Shown here piece by piece: positions 12,428 to 26,911 of a stretch of 64,000 nt of DNA. Source of the stretch: Eledone cirrhosa. Taxonomy: Eukaryota. The first letter of the stretch is position 1; every line of letters begins with the position of its first letter. Where the stretch lies: contig OZ024755.1 of assembly GCA_964016885.1 (NCBI GenBank), forward strand, positions 6,758,001 through 6,822,000, read 5' to 3'. A program made the translations under genes and the position numbers. The notes under the pieces were generated by a model. It was not told where the DNA came from and did no database searches. It was given only the letters and a program-made list of their open reading frames with translations.

Positions 12428-13239
12428 CATATATACATTCATACACACACAAATATATACATGCTTACATAGATACATATACACACACATATGTACATAC
12501 CCACAAAAACAACTTCATACAGACATACTGTTGTATAACCTCATACATACATATATGCATACACACACACACATATATCATCATCATCAACGTTTTACGT
12601 CCATGTTCCACGCTTGCATGGGTTTGGACGGGGGTATTCCCACTTGAGGCAAGAGTGATTGTCTTGCTCGCATAGGATTGTCTGGCAGGTTTTCTACAGT
12701 TGGATGCGCTTGTTAAATACAAGGACCTCATTCAATCATTACCTTCAATCCTTTCCTATCTCTTCTCCTTCTTATAAATTCCTTAATTCCTTAATTCTAA
12801 CGTATTTTCAAAACAAAACAAAATCCTTTTCCTTCTTTCGAAACTCTAAACTCCCGCTTCTACTAGCCCTCGACCCCCCCCCCCCTCCCTCTACTTCACG
12901 AGGGCATGGCGGTCAACCGCCCCAATACCTACATCATGCGGCCAAACCTCTCCCCCCCCCCCTTATATATATATATATACACACACAAACAGATTGTTGT
13001 ATTACTCCATACATATATACACACACATATAATTCTGACCAGCAATGATCTAATGATAGAGTTCCTATGTGGTTGCTAGACCTGTTAGAAACAGCAGTCA
13101 AATCACAAATATTATATCATACCATATTAAATAACGACAGAATAGATAATATAGTCCTAGATATCCTTTCAAAACGAAATGGGATGGTCATGGTTAGAAT
13201 GATTTGAATCATTAAATTATTTGAAGGTTGATCTAGGGT

Positions 13240-13799
13240 TAATCCTTTAGCATTTACATTACTTCATATATACAATTGTATTTTCATGGTAAAGGCTTTA
13301 TCTCACATAATATCCCATTATTATATCACATAATATCTCATAATTATCTCACATAATATCTCATAATTATCTCACATAATATCTCATAATTACCGTACAT
13401 ATCTCATAATTATCTCAGATAATATCTCATTATTATCTAACATATCTCATTATTATCTCACATAATATTTCATAATTATCTCACATATCTCATTATTATC
13501 TCACATAATATCTCATAATTATCTTACATAATATCTCATTATTATCTCACATAATATCTCATTATTATCTCACAAAATATCTCATTATTATCTCACATAA
13601 TATCTCATTATTATCTCACATAATATCTCATAATTATCTCACATAATATCAAATCTATGAGATTTTGATATTATTTATTTTGAGAACAATACTTGAACAT
13701 CAGTATGAGTGGCCAGTTACAGACAGTTTGAACAGATAGAGGTGAGAACAGAAGAGAATTCTGACTGGATATGGTCGGTTTAAATACTTAAATGGTTAA
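13240..13799. mobile_element. piggyBac-like MITE with an internal ~23-bp tandem expansion (about 13300-13650)
   Basis: TTAA-bounded, same body as 2069-2483; the CACATAATATCTCATAATTATCT unit is amplified. Confidence 0.7.
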
Positions 13800-14105
13800 A
13801 CAACACCAACAAATATGGCAACTATAACAACCAGCAAAGATATGTAGATATGTAGTAAAATAAACTGCAATAAAAAAAATGTGTGTAGACAGTATGATAT
13901 GAAAGTGACATAATCTTCACAAGTTCATTGTCTAATGAAATAATAAAAATAATAATAACAACAATAACAAACTCCAGTGCAATAACACACATACACCCAC
14001 ACACACACATATACATATATCTAAACCCATATCTAAACCCATGCTAGCATGGAAGATAGACCTGGTGCATTATGGTCCATCTGGTTCCTTACCACACCTC
14101 CTTCG

Positions 14106-14237
<132 letters not shown>

Positions 14238-14246
14238 GTATATATA

Positions 14247-15304
14247 TGCCGGTGCTCTGGTGCAATAAGTAGCAGCAAGTGCCCACAAACTACTAGCTCT
14301 TTCAATTGCGCAGAGGGTTCTATAGAAATAGTGGACAGCTTCCGTTACCTGGGCGATAAAATCAGCAGTGGGGGAGGGTGCTCTGAAAGTACTGTAGCTA
14401 GAGTCAGAACTGGTTGGAAAAAGTTCAGAGAGCTTATACCACTATTAGCTGCTAAAGGGTTCTCACTAAAAATGAAAGGCAGGTTGTACGATGCCTGCAT
14501 ACGAACAGCAATGCTGCATGGCAGTGAGACCTGGGCATTGTGTGCAGAGGATATACGCAGACTAGAGAGGAACGAAGCTTGCATGCTCCGCTGGATGTGT
14601 AACAGTAATATACGTGAACGGCAAAGCATAAACGAACTAAGGAATAAATTAGAGATAAGAGGGATCAGATGTTGTTTACTCGAGAGAAGGCTACGTTGGT
14701 ATGGACACGTGATGCGCATGAAAGTCGATAGCTGTATAACAAAGTGCAGGGCAATAAAGATAGACGGTAGTCACGGAATAGGCAGACCTAGAAAAACCTG
14801 GGACGAGCTGATAAACTCCGACATCACACACTTACACCTCTCCAAGACAATGTCACTGGACCGAGACCTTTGGCGGTACTCAGTAACAGAGAAGACCCGC
14901 CTTACCTAAATATATAGTAAAACCTACTCCAGCCAGTAGGTATCTCTAACAAAATACACCCCGTCCCACCACCCCCACCCCCACCCGATCCACACCACCC
15001 CGTTCTATGTAAAGTTATGTTGGTGCCGCGCCATCGAGGCCGAAACAAATGAGATCGTGTAGGTGTCACGACAAAAAACACACAGTCCACGCTGTAATGT
15101 GGCCGTGTAGGCAACACGGTAAAAACCTCCCAGACCCACACTGTAAATGTGGTTGGTGTTAGGAAGGGCATCCAACTGTAGAAAACCTGCCAGACAGTCC
15201 TATGCGAGCAAGACAATCACTCTTGCCTCAAGTGGGACTACCCCCGTCCAAACCCATGCAAGCGTGGAACACGGACGTTAAACGTTGATGATGATGATGA
15301 TGAT

Positions 15305-15305
<1 letters not shown>
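14247..15305 (+). mobile_element. 5'-truncated RTE-clade LINE: ORF2 C-terminus (to 14909) plus 3'UTR and (GAT)n
   Basis: FRYLG, W.KFREL, KGRLY...[22 protein letters not shown] and GRPRKTW motifs in an uninterrupted frame. Confidence 0.92.
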
Positions 15306-15339
<34 letters not shown>

Positions 15340-15818
15340 GTAAAATACACCCCCGTCCCACCACCCCATCCACACTGCCCCCCCTTCTATGTAAAGTTAT
15401 GTTGGTGCCACACCATCCAGGCCGAAACAAATGAGATCGTGTAGGTGTCACGACAAAAAAACACACAGTCCACGCTGTAATGTGGCCGTGTAGGCAACAC
15501 GGTAAAAACCTCCCAGACCCACACTGTAAATGTGGTTGGTGTTAGGAAGGGCATCCAACTGTAGAAAACCTGCCAGACAGTCCTATGCGAGCAAGACAAT
15601 CACTCTTGCCTCAAGTGGGAAAACTTCCGTCCAAACCCATGCAAGCGTGGAACACGGACGTTAAACGATGATGATGATGATGATATATACATATATATAT
15701 ATATACATCGTCCCACCCTTGCAAGCAGGGAAAAGCGGACGTAAAATGATGATGATGATGATGATGATATATATGTATATACACATATATATATATATGT
15801 ATGTATATATATATATAA

Positions 15819-15851
<33 letters not shown>

Positions 15852-15970
15852 TAACAATGAAAAATGTTACCTTGCAAGCAAGATCCAACAGGTTTTCATG
15901 AAAACATTAGCAAATCCTCACACAAACTGCAGGAACAACAACAACAATACATTCCAGTGCAATAACACTA

Positions 15971-16086
<116 letters not shown>

Positions 16087-16718
16087 AACAATAAAAGATG
16101 TTAACTTACAGGTAAGAGCCAACCAATCATAGAACAATAAAAACAACAATAACAATTTCTACGTCAAAAGCACAGAGAACAAAGATATTCTTCTTGTTCG
16201 TCTTCGTTTTCTTCTTCGTGTCCTCCTCTTTCTTCTTCTCCTTCTTTGTCTCCGTCCTCTTCTTTTCCTTCGTGTCCTCCTCTTTCTTCTGCTCCTTCTC
16301 CTACTTTGTCTCCTTCCTCTTCTTCTCCTTCGTTTTCTTCTTCGTGTCCTCTTTCTTTTTCGTTTTCTTCTTCCTCTCCTCCTCCTTCTTCGTTTTCTTT
16401 GTCTCCTTCTTTTTCTTCTCCTTCTGCGTCACCTACATACATACAAGCGTCACAACCACAAAATGATATTTTTTTTTTAGTATAATAGTAGTTAGAAGAA
16501 CTGGTTTCACCCAATCAATTTCTCACTTCACTCAAACATCACCACCTCCAGGAATATTTCACAGTCAACCAGTGACGTGAAAACACCTGCTGAACAGGTT
16601 TTACAGGTGAAATAGGGTCAGCAATTCACCAACAAAGGTCGGAAGAATTGTTGGATTACACACACACACATATATATATGTGTGTAGTTATATATACATA
16701 TATATATATATGTGTAGT

Positions 16719-16749
<31 letters not shown>

Positions 16750-18141
16750 CCCACCCTTGCAAGCAGGGAAAAGTGGACATAAAATGAAATGATGATGATG
16801 ATGATGTGTAGTTATATATACATATATATATGTGTAGTTATATATACATATATATATATATATACACACATATATATAGGCTTGGTAGGAAACTTAAACA
16901 TTGTTCTTTGGGATTTAAAAAATAAATGAATAGATAAAAAGTAAAAAATAAAATAAAAAATAAAAATATCACACTTCCCATTCTCAGAAATATATAGTTA
17001 TTGTTGTTATTGTTGTTGTTATTATTATTGTTAGTATTATTTGAAGGAGGGGGAAGTCTTTCAAAGATGGCTGAACTAATACATTAAATCACATCTATTG
17101 GTACGAGTAAGCTTGGATTAACGAAAATATTACAGCATTCTCGTGATAAATATAAAACATTGAAGAAATTTTAAAGGTAAGACAACATTTATTTTTTTAC
17201 ACAGCTGAAATTTGAGATTCTAAAGCAGGTAAATGGTTGTTGGTGGTGGTGGATTAAATTTAATTTCAAAAATGAAATGACTCAAGCAATGTAAATTGGT
17301 TTTATGAAAGTGGGATATGAAAATATTTTAAACATACATGAACATACATGTTCTTTCTCCACAATATATATATATATATATATATATTATTATTAAGAGT
17401 CAGAGTCAAATCCCGCTGAGATTAACTTTGCCTTTTATCCTTATGGGGTCAATAAAATAAAGTACCAGTAATACACTGGAATAATTGCTGGTCTTGTGCC
17501 AAAAGTAGAAACAATTAAGAGTCGGGGACCAACAGGTGAGCTCTTGCCATTTCAACAGCTAGTATATATTGAGGAGAAAGATTAGAAGCTATATATATAT
17601 ATATAGCTTTTCTGAAGATCTGGTTAAGCTAACAACGTATTTAAAATTGAGTGGCACAGCTTCAAGTATTCAGCAATTTTTAGACAACTTAATCAGTGAA
17701 ACAATTGTTAAGACTGTAAATAAAAACCCCCTTTTTCGTACTGTTCACCATGTTATTCTTCACTCTTTCAATATTATTACTCCAAGATAAACTTACATAG
17801 GAATGCAAGAGAACTCATAAACTCGCCACCTACGTAAACCCCTTGTTGAGTCAAACAACACCGTACGCTAAAACTATCCACAATACGAAGTATTCACAAC
17901 CTCTAACCTATATAGATACCTATAACGATATTTTGTTATCCCTTATATATATATAGTTTAGGGATGGTAATGTCAAGTCACTGTAGTTTCATTCTGTCAT
18001 CACCATAACATAAGTCTGACAAGCTTTTGATTCCAGAGTCAGACCCGATCAATACAGATCAAACCTTCAGCTGATCAATTGCGAAACATGTCACACATCA
18101 ATAAATGTAATGAAGATTTAACACGTCAACCTTTTTATTAT

Positions 18142-18176
<35 letters not shown>

Positions 18177-18306
18177 GAACTAGCTGTTGAAACGGCCGAT
18201 TCAGCTGGCGCGGTCCTGACTCTTTATATTAAAACTATACTCTACTACCACAAGTATAGAGTACTCTGGTGAGTAATGATCTAAACAGTTTCAAACTGAA
18301 TCCATC

Positions 18307-18352
<46 letters not shown>

Positions 18353-18554
18353 CTATAGTAATAATAATAAATTTGAAGACTAAAATCCAGAGGGCTCGAT
18401 AAGGATAAATATATATCAAATATAGAGCAAATATTTATTAAATTAACAGATTAAAGTTTAAGCAAAGAATTTCACATTTATTATTATTACTATTTGGATC
18501 CCTCGGTTGAGCACTCTATTGACTTATATTTATATATATATATATATAAGTATT

Positions 18555-18644
<90 letters not shown>

Positions 18645-18696
18645 TATATATATATATATATATATATTAAAATATATATATATATATATATATACA

Positions 18697-19250
18697 ATGT
18701 CACTGGACCGAGACCTTTGGCGGTACTCAGTAATAGAGAAGACCCGCCTTACCTAAATACAAAGTAAAAACCTACTACAGTCAGTAGGCACCTCTATCAA
18801 AACACACCCCCGTCCCTCCACACCGCCCCTTTCAATGTAAAGTTATGTTGGTCCCACAACATCCAGGCCGAAACAAATGAGATCGTGTAGGTGTCACGAC
18901 AAAAAACACACAGTCCACGCTGTAAATGTGGCCGTGTAGGCAACACGGTAAAAACCTCCCAGCCCCACACTGTAAATGTGGTTGGTGTTAGGAAGGGCAT
19001 CCAGCTGTAGAAAACCCGCCAGACAGTCCACGCTGTAATGTGGCCGTGTAGGCAACACGGTAAAAACCTCCCAGCCCCACACTGTAAATGTGGTTGGTGT
19101 TAGGAAGGGCATCCAACTGTAGAAAACCCGCCAGACAGTCCTATGCGAGCAAGACAACCACTCTTGCCTCAAGTGGGAAAACCCCCGTCCAAACCCATGC
19201 AAGCGTGGAACACGGACGCTAAACCTGATGATGATGATGATGATGATGAT
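18697..19250 (+). mobile_element. Truncated copy of the same RTE 3' end, with an internal duplication in the 3'UTR
   Basis: Near-identical to 14848-15300. Confidence 0.85.
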
Positions 19251-19251
19251 A

Positions 19252-19471
19252 TAACGAAGGAAATGTGGTAAGGAACCAGGTGGACCATAACGCACCAAAG
19301 TACTTAATACTTAGGGTAGTAGAGTGGGTAATAGGAATGAGTAGGACCCCGACGGCTGAGCTCAAGCCGTTTCGATGGCTAATTCTGGACTAAATGAAAA
19401 ATTTTCATTTAGTCCAGAATTAGCCGTCGAAACGGCTTGAGCTCAGCCGTCGGGGTCCTACTTGTTCCTAT
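19252..19471. mobile_element. Foldback element in (TA)n, probably Penelope pLTR-derived; relatives at 10477-10550, 14062-14108, 18174-18310, 30000-30060, 47940-48133, 63184-63300
   Basis: Palindrome 19331-19471 with a one-sided extension; shared GAGTAGGACCCCGACGGCTGAGCTC core; Penelope identity is inferred. Confidence 0.6.
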
Positions 19472-19502
19472 ATATATATATATATATATATATATAAGTA
19501 TT

Positions 19503-19538
<36 letters not shown>

Positions 19539-19544
19539 AGTATT

Positions 19545-19620
<76 letters not shown>

Positions 19621-20974
19621 TATATATATATATATATATATATATCCAGGGAGTGTACCGTAAAGTTACTGTAGGTTGAGTAGTCGGTGTTTAGGTTCAT
19701 GTTAGTAGCGAGGTGTAGAACTAAATAGAGTGTATTATTATGATGGTAGATTGGCAGTATCGGTAGAGGGTCGGACGCCATGCTTTGACGCATAGAGTTA
19801 CGGCCCTTGCCATTCTGAGTTCAAATCCCGCCGAGGTTAACTTTGCCTTTCATCCTTACGGGGTCGATAAAATAATGTACTGGATAATTGCTGGCCTTGT
19901 GCCAAAAGTAGAAACAATTTTTATAATAATACAAAGACGATTTGTTAAGCCTTCGTTACGTTTATTGATTGGTGATGTGCATTTTGCTATTGATCAGCTC
20001 AAGGTTCGATCTGTACCAATCAGGCCTGACTCTGGAATCAAAAGCTCGTCGGACTTGACAATATATAAAAGGGTTACTCTGTATATAAGGTAGTAAGTTA
20101 AAATTCTCTTTTGTCTTTCTTTATTTCGAACCATTACATAGTCTTCTTATGTATGTATATATATATATATATATGCATATTGCATATTATATTTATATGC
20201 TAGCGTGGAATGGAAGATAGACGTTAAACGATGATGATGATGATGCACACACAATCGGTGATTAAGTATTAGACCAGTTTTGGAGGAGAAGAGATGTAAG
20301 TGATTAAATAGACCTCAATATATCACTGGTATTTAGAGTAATGATTTCAAATAAACAAAGACAAATGAGAATTTTAACTCAGTACCTCATATACCTCATA
20401 CACAGATTAACCCTTTCATTACCATATTTCTAATGAAAGACACTACCCATATCATTAACCCTTTCATTACCATATTTCTAATGAAAAACACAGCCTATAA
20501 TTTCAAAAACAATCAAGAAGTTGCAAGAATTTAGCAATATATCTAACTTTCTTATTATTATGATTCTTACATAAAATTATGTGAGAAGATTTTTTAAATA
20601 AATATAAACAATTTAAAACAAAAAGCTTTGAAATGCAGAGCCAAGGTGGGATTATGTCAGGTTAATTTTTATACATTTATATAGAGCTGTAGAATATATT
20701 CTTTCAATTAGCTATCTATATATGTACATATTAGAAATAAAATAGGGTTCTCTTATTGCTTTCCCAATGCTGTTTACACAAACACTAATTACTACATCAT
20801 CATCATTTTACATCTGCTTTTCCCTGCTTGCAAGGGTGAGACATACATATATATTTGTATTTAATCTCTCTCATTGTTTAACACCATCACCTGATCCTTT
20901 GATACTTAGTAGTAGCATCTACTCTGTTGCAAGCTTTCAGACTAGGTTTCATACCTGAGGTTAACTTGATATTT

Positions 20975-21888
20975 TGAGCTACTGTTTCCCACTACAGTAG
21001 AGCCTGCAGTTATTTGAGCTACTATTTCCCACTGCAGTAGAGCCTGCAGTCATTTGAGCTACTGTTTCCCACTACAGTAGAGCCTGCAGTCATTTGAGCT
21101 ACTGTTTCCCACTGCAATAGAGCCTGCAGTCATTTGAGCTACTGTTTCCCCACTACAGTAGAGCCTGCAGTTATTTGAGCTACTGTTTCCCACTGCAGTA
21201 GAGCCTGCAGTCTTTTGAGCTACTGTTTCCCACTGCAATAGAGCCTGCAGTCATTTGAGCTACTGTTTCCCACTACAGTAGAGCCTGCAGTCATTTGAGC
21301 CACTGTTTCCCACTGCAATAGAGCCTGCAGTCATTTGAGCCACTGTTTCCCACTGCAATAGAGCCTGCAGTCATTTGAGCTACTGTTTCCCACTACAGCA
21401 AGGCCTGCAGTCATTTGAGCCACTGTTTCCCACTGCAATAGAGCCTGCAGTCATTTGAGCTACTGTTTCCCACTGCAATAGAGCCTGCAGTCATTTGAGC
21501 TACTGTTTCCCACTACAGTAGAGCCTGCAGTCATTTGAGCCACTGTTTCCCACTGCAATAGAGCCTGCAGTCATTTGAGCTACTGTTTCCCACTACAGCA
21601 GGACCTGCAGTTATTTGAGCTACTGTTTCCCACTACAGTAGAGCCTGCAGTCATTTGAGCCACTGTTTCCCACTGCAATAGAGCCTGCAGTCATTTGAGC
21701 CACTGTTTCCCACTGCAATAGAGCCTGCAGTCATTTGAGCTACTGTTTCCCACTACAGCAAGGCCTGCAGTCATTTGAGCCACTGTTTCCCACTGCAATA
21801 GAGCCTGCAGTCATTTGAGCTGCTGTTTCCCACTACAGCAGGGCCTGCAGTCATTTGAGCTACTGTTTCCCACTACAGTAGAGCCTGA
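20975..21888. repeat. 40-bp minisatellite (TTTGAGCTACTGTTTCCCACTACAGTAGAGCCTGCAGTCA), about 23 copies
   Basis: Direct tandem periodicity, no spacers. Confidence 0.95.
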
Positions 21889-22110
21889 CATCATAATGTG
21901 ATGGAAGCTCACATCAATTGGACATCTGACACGTTACAATGAACTTGTTGGCATGGTTCTTCTCTGGAAACCAGATGCATGTAAACGAATTTGGAGACCA
22001 AACATCACATTGAATGATGTCCTGAAAGATGATACCGAATTAGAGGCACAGGAATTTCAGATGACAATGCAGGACAAGGTAAGCTGGATGAGGAACTTTG
22101 TCATGGCATC
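21889..22110 (+). mobile_element. Degenerate RTE-type LINE ORF2 C-terminal fragment
   Basis: Translates IGHLTRYNELVGMVLLWKP...RPNITLNDVLKDDTEL......MQDK.SW. Confidence 0.6.
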
Positions 22111-24404
22111 AGTAAGGGATGTGTAGAAGAGAAAATACCAAACCACCAAAACCTACTTCTGATTCACTGATACAAAACTGTTTAAAGTCCATATATTTAT
22201 CTAAAGACCTTTCATCATAGATGTGTGAGAGGCTCTTTGTTCAATTATGTTCCAAAATTAGGAAGCTATATCACTAAATCCCTCCAAATTATTTGCTAAT
22301 TTCAAAATAATTGGAAATATATTAATGAAAGTGTTAAAATGGTAATTTGAAAACTAAAAATGATAATGATAATAACAATAATATTAACAGCATTAATGAT
22401 TTCTTTGTGTATTAATACTGAAAAACTCGTTAAGAATATTGTCAAGAAAACTCATTATGAATATGGAGAGAAATGCTTGACTTATTTATTATTCATCATT
22501 GCTTTTTGTTTAACTATGTGTAGTCAGAGCTGTTTAAATTGAAAATCAATGTTAAAACTAATATCATGTTTTCATTAACATAAATTTCTACCAATATTTG
22601 TGTAGTAGTATTAGTGGTGGTGGAGGTGGTAGTGGTGGTAGTAGTACTGGTGGTAGTGGCAGCGGTGGAAGTAGTGTTGGTATTAGTAGTAGTAGTGGTG
22701 GTGGGGACGCTAGTAGTAGTAGAAGTAGTTGTAGTAGTAGTGGTCTTGGTAGTAGTAGTAGTGGTGGTGGTAGTCATTGTGGTAGTAGTGGTGGTGGTGG
22801 TAGTAGTAGTATTCGTTGTGGTAGTAGTGGTAGTAGTAGTAATTGAAAAATATTTTTATTTAAATAATATTTTCTTCATTGTTTCACAATAATAATAATA
22901 ATGTATTTGAATAAAAATATATTTATATATCATTTCTTAATGATAATAGCAATGTCTTTATTTCAATATTAATGTGTATTTATTATGTTTTAACAATAAT
23001 AATAATTGTAAAAGTATCTTTATCTAAATAACAATATCTTTGTTGATAATAAATTACAGTGCATTTTAATAATTGTTTCTACTTTTGGCACAAGGCCAGC
23101 AATTATCCCAGTGCATTACTGGTACTTTATTTTATTGACCCTATTTTAATAATGGTTTCTTATATAGGCACAAGGCCAGCAATTTTGGTGGAGGGGTAAG
23201 TCGATTAGATCGACCCCAGTGCATTACTGGTACTTTATTTTATCGACCCCGTAAGGATGAAAGAAGCTAACCTCTGCGGGATTTGAACTCAGAACGTAAA
23301 GGGCCATAACTCTATCCTGCAAAGCATGGTGTCTGACGCTCTACCGATACTGCCAATCCTATAGTTTGTTGGGGGGGGGGGGGGTAGTAATATATAACCC
23401 ATACTAGCATGGAAAATGGACGTTAGATGATGATGATGATGATAGTTGTAGAGTTTGGTTGACAATCATGTGGCTGTGAGTCCGATTCCCAGACCAAGCA
23501 ATGCATTGTATTCTTGAGCAAAATAGTTCATTTCATGTTGCTAACATTGGCAGGATTTGAACTCAGAACGTAAAGGGACATAACCCTATGCCATAGAGCA
23601 TGTTGTCTGATGCTCTACCGATACTGCCAATAATAATAATATTCAAAACCACAAAAAAAAATCTCTCAATTGATGTATCAATCTCCACAGATGCTCATAA
23701 TACAGAGATGAGGCGGGCAAGAGAGGTGGAGGCAATTACAGTGGGAGTTTGGCTCTTCCGTGTTCAGACCTGGTGTGTAGTGTCAGTTGTCCATAGGGAG
23801 GAAGTGGCTGGCACTTAGTGAAGGTTTTTAGAACCTTGTCTTTGCGATTCTTGTTTATTACAAGAAATGTTTGTCTTATCTTTAGTTATATTTATTTACC
23901 TTTCAATATATGTGTTGTTTCCTTGAGCAAGACACTTTATTTCAAATTGCTCCAGTTTACTCAGCTGTATAAATGAGATGATAGGACTGGGGTTCATATC
24001 ATTCCACTGCAAAAGTGGTCGTGGAAGTGCCACGGAAAAAAAGCACCCAGCACTCACTGTAAATGAGGTTGGTGTTAGGAAGGGGATCCAGCTGTAGAAA
24101 TCAAGCCAGAATCAGTTCCCGTATGAGCAAGACAAGGTCAGCCAACCGGACTGCCCACAACAGGACAACCCGTAACAGGACACATTGTAAAGTGGATGTA
24201 TAAAATACATTGCAAAAAGCACCCAGTATACACTGTCAATGTGGTTGGCATTAGGAAGGGCATCCAGCTGTAGAAAACCAGCCAGAAACTCTCCTATATG
24301 AGTGAGACATGGTCACCCGACCCAACTTGCCTCTAATTGGGACAAACCCATCTAACCCATACTAGCATGGAAGATTAGATGGTGATGATGATGATGATGA
24401 TCTA

Positions 24405-24560
24405 ACCAAATATAAAGATCTAGAGATAGAAATAACCCAAAATGTGGATAATGAAAACAGAAACAATACCTACAATAATAGATGCAATGGGAATGATAAA
24501 AATACACAGAAAGATACATAACCAAACCCTAGGACTTACAACACCATCCCACTTCCTCCT
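24405..24560 (+). mobile_element. Degenerate RLE-type (R4/NeSL-like) retrotransposon fragment
   Basis: KYKDLEIEI...W.MKTETIP.II.A.GMIK resembles the RLE C-terminus also seen at 56776. Confidence 0.55.
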
Positions 24561-24630
24561 TTCCTAATGTAGTCTTTGAGAATTTCTCTCTGTATTTCAG
24601 GACTAGAACTTCTCTGAAGAACTGAAGACA

Positions 24631-25039
24631 ATGGATGTGAAGTATACACAAGAGACCACCCAAGTCTACTATTTTAAATACATGAGAGAATACAGAGCTG
24701 TGGCAGTTCTCTGGGGTATTCTTACTATTATCTGGTGTATCCTCACTGTTGTTGCTTTTGTCCAGCCTCAATGGATCGGAGACACTGAAAACAGTCCTGG
24801 TTACGGTCATTTCGGACTATATGCCCATTGTTACCCAACGATTTCAACATGGAAATATGCTTGCAAAGGTTCCTTTGGCGACTTTGCCTCTATCCCAAAT
24901 GGAGAATTTAAAGCAGCTACATTGTTTGTAGGAGTGTCTGCTTTACTCAGCTTGATCTGTGTGGCAGCGTTACTACTCTTCTTTTGCTTCAAGAAGGTTT
25001 TTGTGTTTTATCTCTGTGCAGTCATGGAAATCATTTCAG
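24631..25039 (+). CDS. LHFPL/TMHS-family tetraspan protein, paralog A, coding exon 1
   Basis: RAVAVLWGILTI...QPQWIGDT..SPG.G.FGLY..C and FKAA..F.G motifs of the LHFPL3/4/5 family; acceptor at 24599-24600, donor G|gtaag at 25040. Confidence 0.93.
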
Positions 25040-25129
25040 GTAAGGAAGAAGTTTATTTCAAATAATTTTCAATGTTTCAAGTATTGTAGGATAGCTGTGT
25101 GTTCTTAGTATGTTGAGCTCAGGCGTTTT

Positions 25130-26075
25130 ACTATGGTAATGAAAGAATGACAGAGACAGTGTCTTTTATTAGAAGTATGGTAATGAAAGGGTTAAAGACA
25201 TAGACAGTGTCTTTCATTAGAAGTATGGTAATGAAAGGGTTAAAGACATAGACAGTGTCTTTAATTAGAAATACCCACACTGTAAACGTGGTTGGTGTTA
25301 GGAAGGGCATCCAGCCGTAGGAAACCCGCCAGACAGTCCTATACGAGCAAGTCAACCAATCTTGCCTCAAGTGGGAAAATTCCCGTCCAAACCCATGCAA
25401 GCGTGGAAGATGGACGTTAAACGATGATGATGATGATGATGATGAAAGGGTTAAAGACATAGACAGTGTCTTTCATTATAAATATGGTAATAAAAGGGTT
25501 AAAGACAGGCAGTGTCTTTCATTATAAATATGGTAATAAAAGGGTTAAAGACAGGCAGTGTCTTTAATTAGAAATATGGTAATGAAAGGGTTAAAGACAG
25601 GCAGTGTCTTTAATTAGAAATATGGTAATGAAAGGGTTAAAGACAGGCAATGTCTTTAATTAGAAATATGGTAATGAAAGGGTTAAAGACAGGCAGTGTC
25701 TTTAATTAGAAATATGGTAATGAAAGGGTTAAAGACATAGACAGTGTCTTTCATTAGAAATATGGTAATGAAAGGGTTAAAGACATAGACAGTGTCTTTC
25801 ATTAGAAATATGGTAATGAAAGGGTTAAAGACATAGACAGTGTCTTTCATTAGAAATATGGTAATGAAAGGGTTAAAGACATAGACAGTGTCTTTCATTA
25901 GAAATATGGTAATGAAAGGGTTAATGACATAGACAGTGTCTTTCATTAGAAATATGGTAATAAAAGGGTTAATGACATAGACAGTGTCTTTCATTAGAAA
26001 TATGGTAATGAAAGGGTTAATGACATAGATAGTGTCTTTCATTAGAAATATGGTAATGAAAGGGTTAATGACATA
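25130..26075. repeat. 44/48-bp minisatellite derived from a TTAA-CCCTTT MITE terminus, interrupted by an RTE 3'UTR copy
   Basis: Reverse complement of the unit, TTAACCCTTTCATTACCATATTTCTAATGAAAGACACT, also occurs at 20408-20445. Confidence 0.9.
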
Positions 26076-26911
26076 GTGTGTTGTGTGTATAAGTACTGTA
26101 TTACCATAACAATACTATCTATATACTGTGTTGCTAACTCAACCATTGAAACACACTACCTATTATTTTCAAATAATTTTGAGGGATTTAGTAATCCATT
26201 GTGGATTGGCAGAATCAGTAGAGTGTCGGACAACATGCTCTGCAGCATTTGTTTCAACTTTGCCTTTCAGTCTTCTAAACTAAAGTACCAGTCAAATACT
26301 GGGGTTTATTTAATTGACTTGCCCTCCCAAAAATTGCTGGCCTTCTACTTAAAGTAGAAATCATTATTAATTTGTTGTTTGGAACATAACTTAACATATG
26401 TTCTTACATAAAATTATTAAATAAATATAAACAATTAGAAATAAACAGCTTTTCTATCATAAAACCATGGTTTTAGGCAGTTTAGTACCACCACCATTAC
26501 CACCAACACCACCACCACCATTACTACCAACACCACACTGCCATCACCACCACCACCATTACTACCAACACCACAACTGCCATCACCACCACCATTACTA
26601 CCAACACCACAACTGCCATCACCACCACCACCATTACTACCAACACCACAACTGCCATCACAACCTCCACCACCACCATTACTACCAACACCACAACTGC
26701 CATCACCACCACCACCATTACTATCAACACCACCACCTCCACCACTTCCACCGCCATTACTACCAACACCACAACTGCCATCACCACCACCACCATTACT
26801 AGCAACACCACAAATGCCATCACCTCCATCACCTCCACCACCACTATTCTATTGTAGCTGTTCTATTATTTGTAAATCTTCACCCAGTATATGAGTCATT
26901 CTTCATTTCAG

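Noticed and set aside
11743-12731. Long YI/HT/CV-rich ORFs here and at 46694-47469, 55622-56287, 58848-59824 and 62502-63997
   Set aside because: They are translations of (TA)n/(CA)n microsatellites that lack stops by composition.
16164-16514. Glu/Gly-rich 116-aa ORF
   Set aside because: Degenerate GAA/GGA repeat with a non-ATG start and no recognisable domain; it could at most be UTR sequence.
20975-21888. 40-bp repeat array as a CRISPR array (also the 28-, 32- and 43-bp arrays)
   Set aside because: Units are contiguous with no unique spacers, there are no cas genes, and the context is eukaryotic.
26467-26844. His-rich and Val-rich ORFs (also 22514-22892)
   Set aside because: Intronic CAC/TAG trinucleotide-derived repeats.
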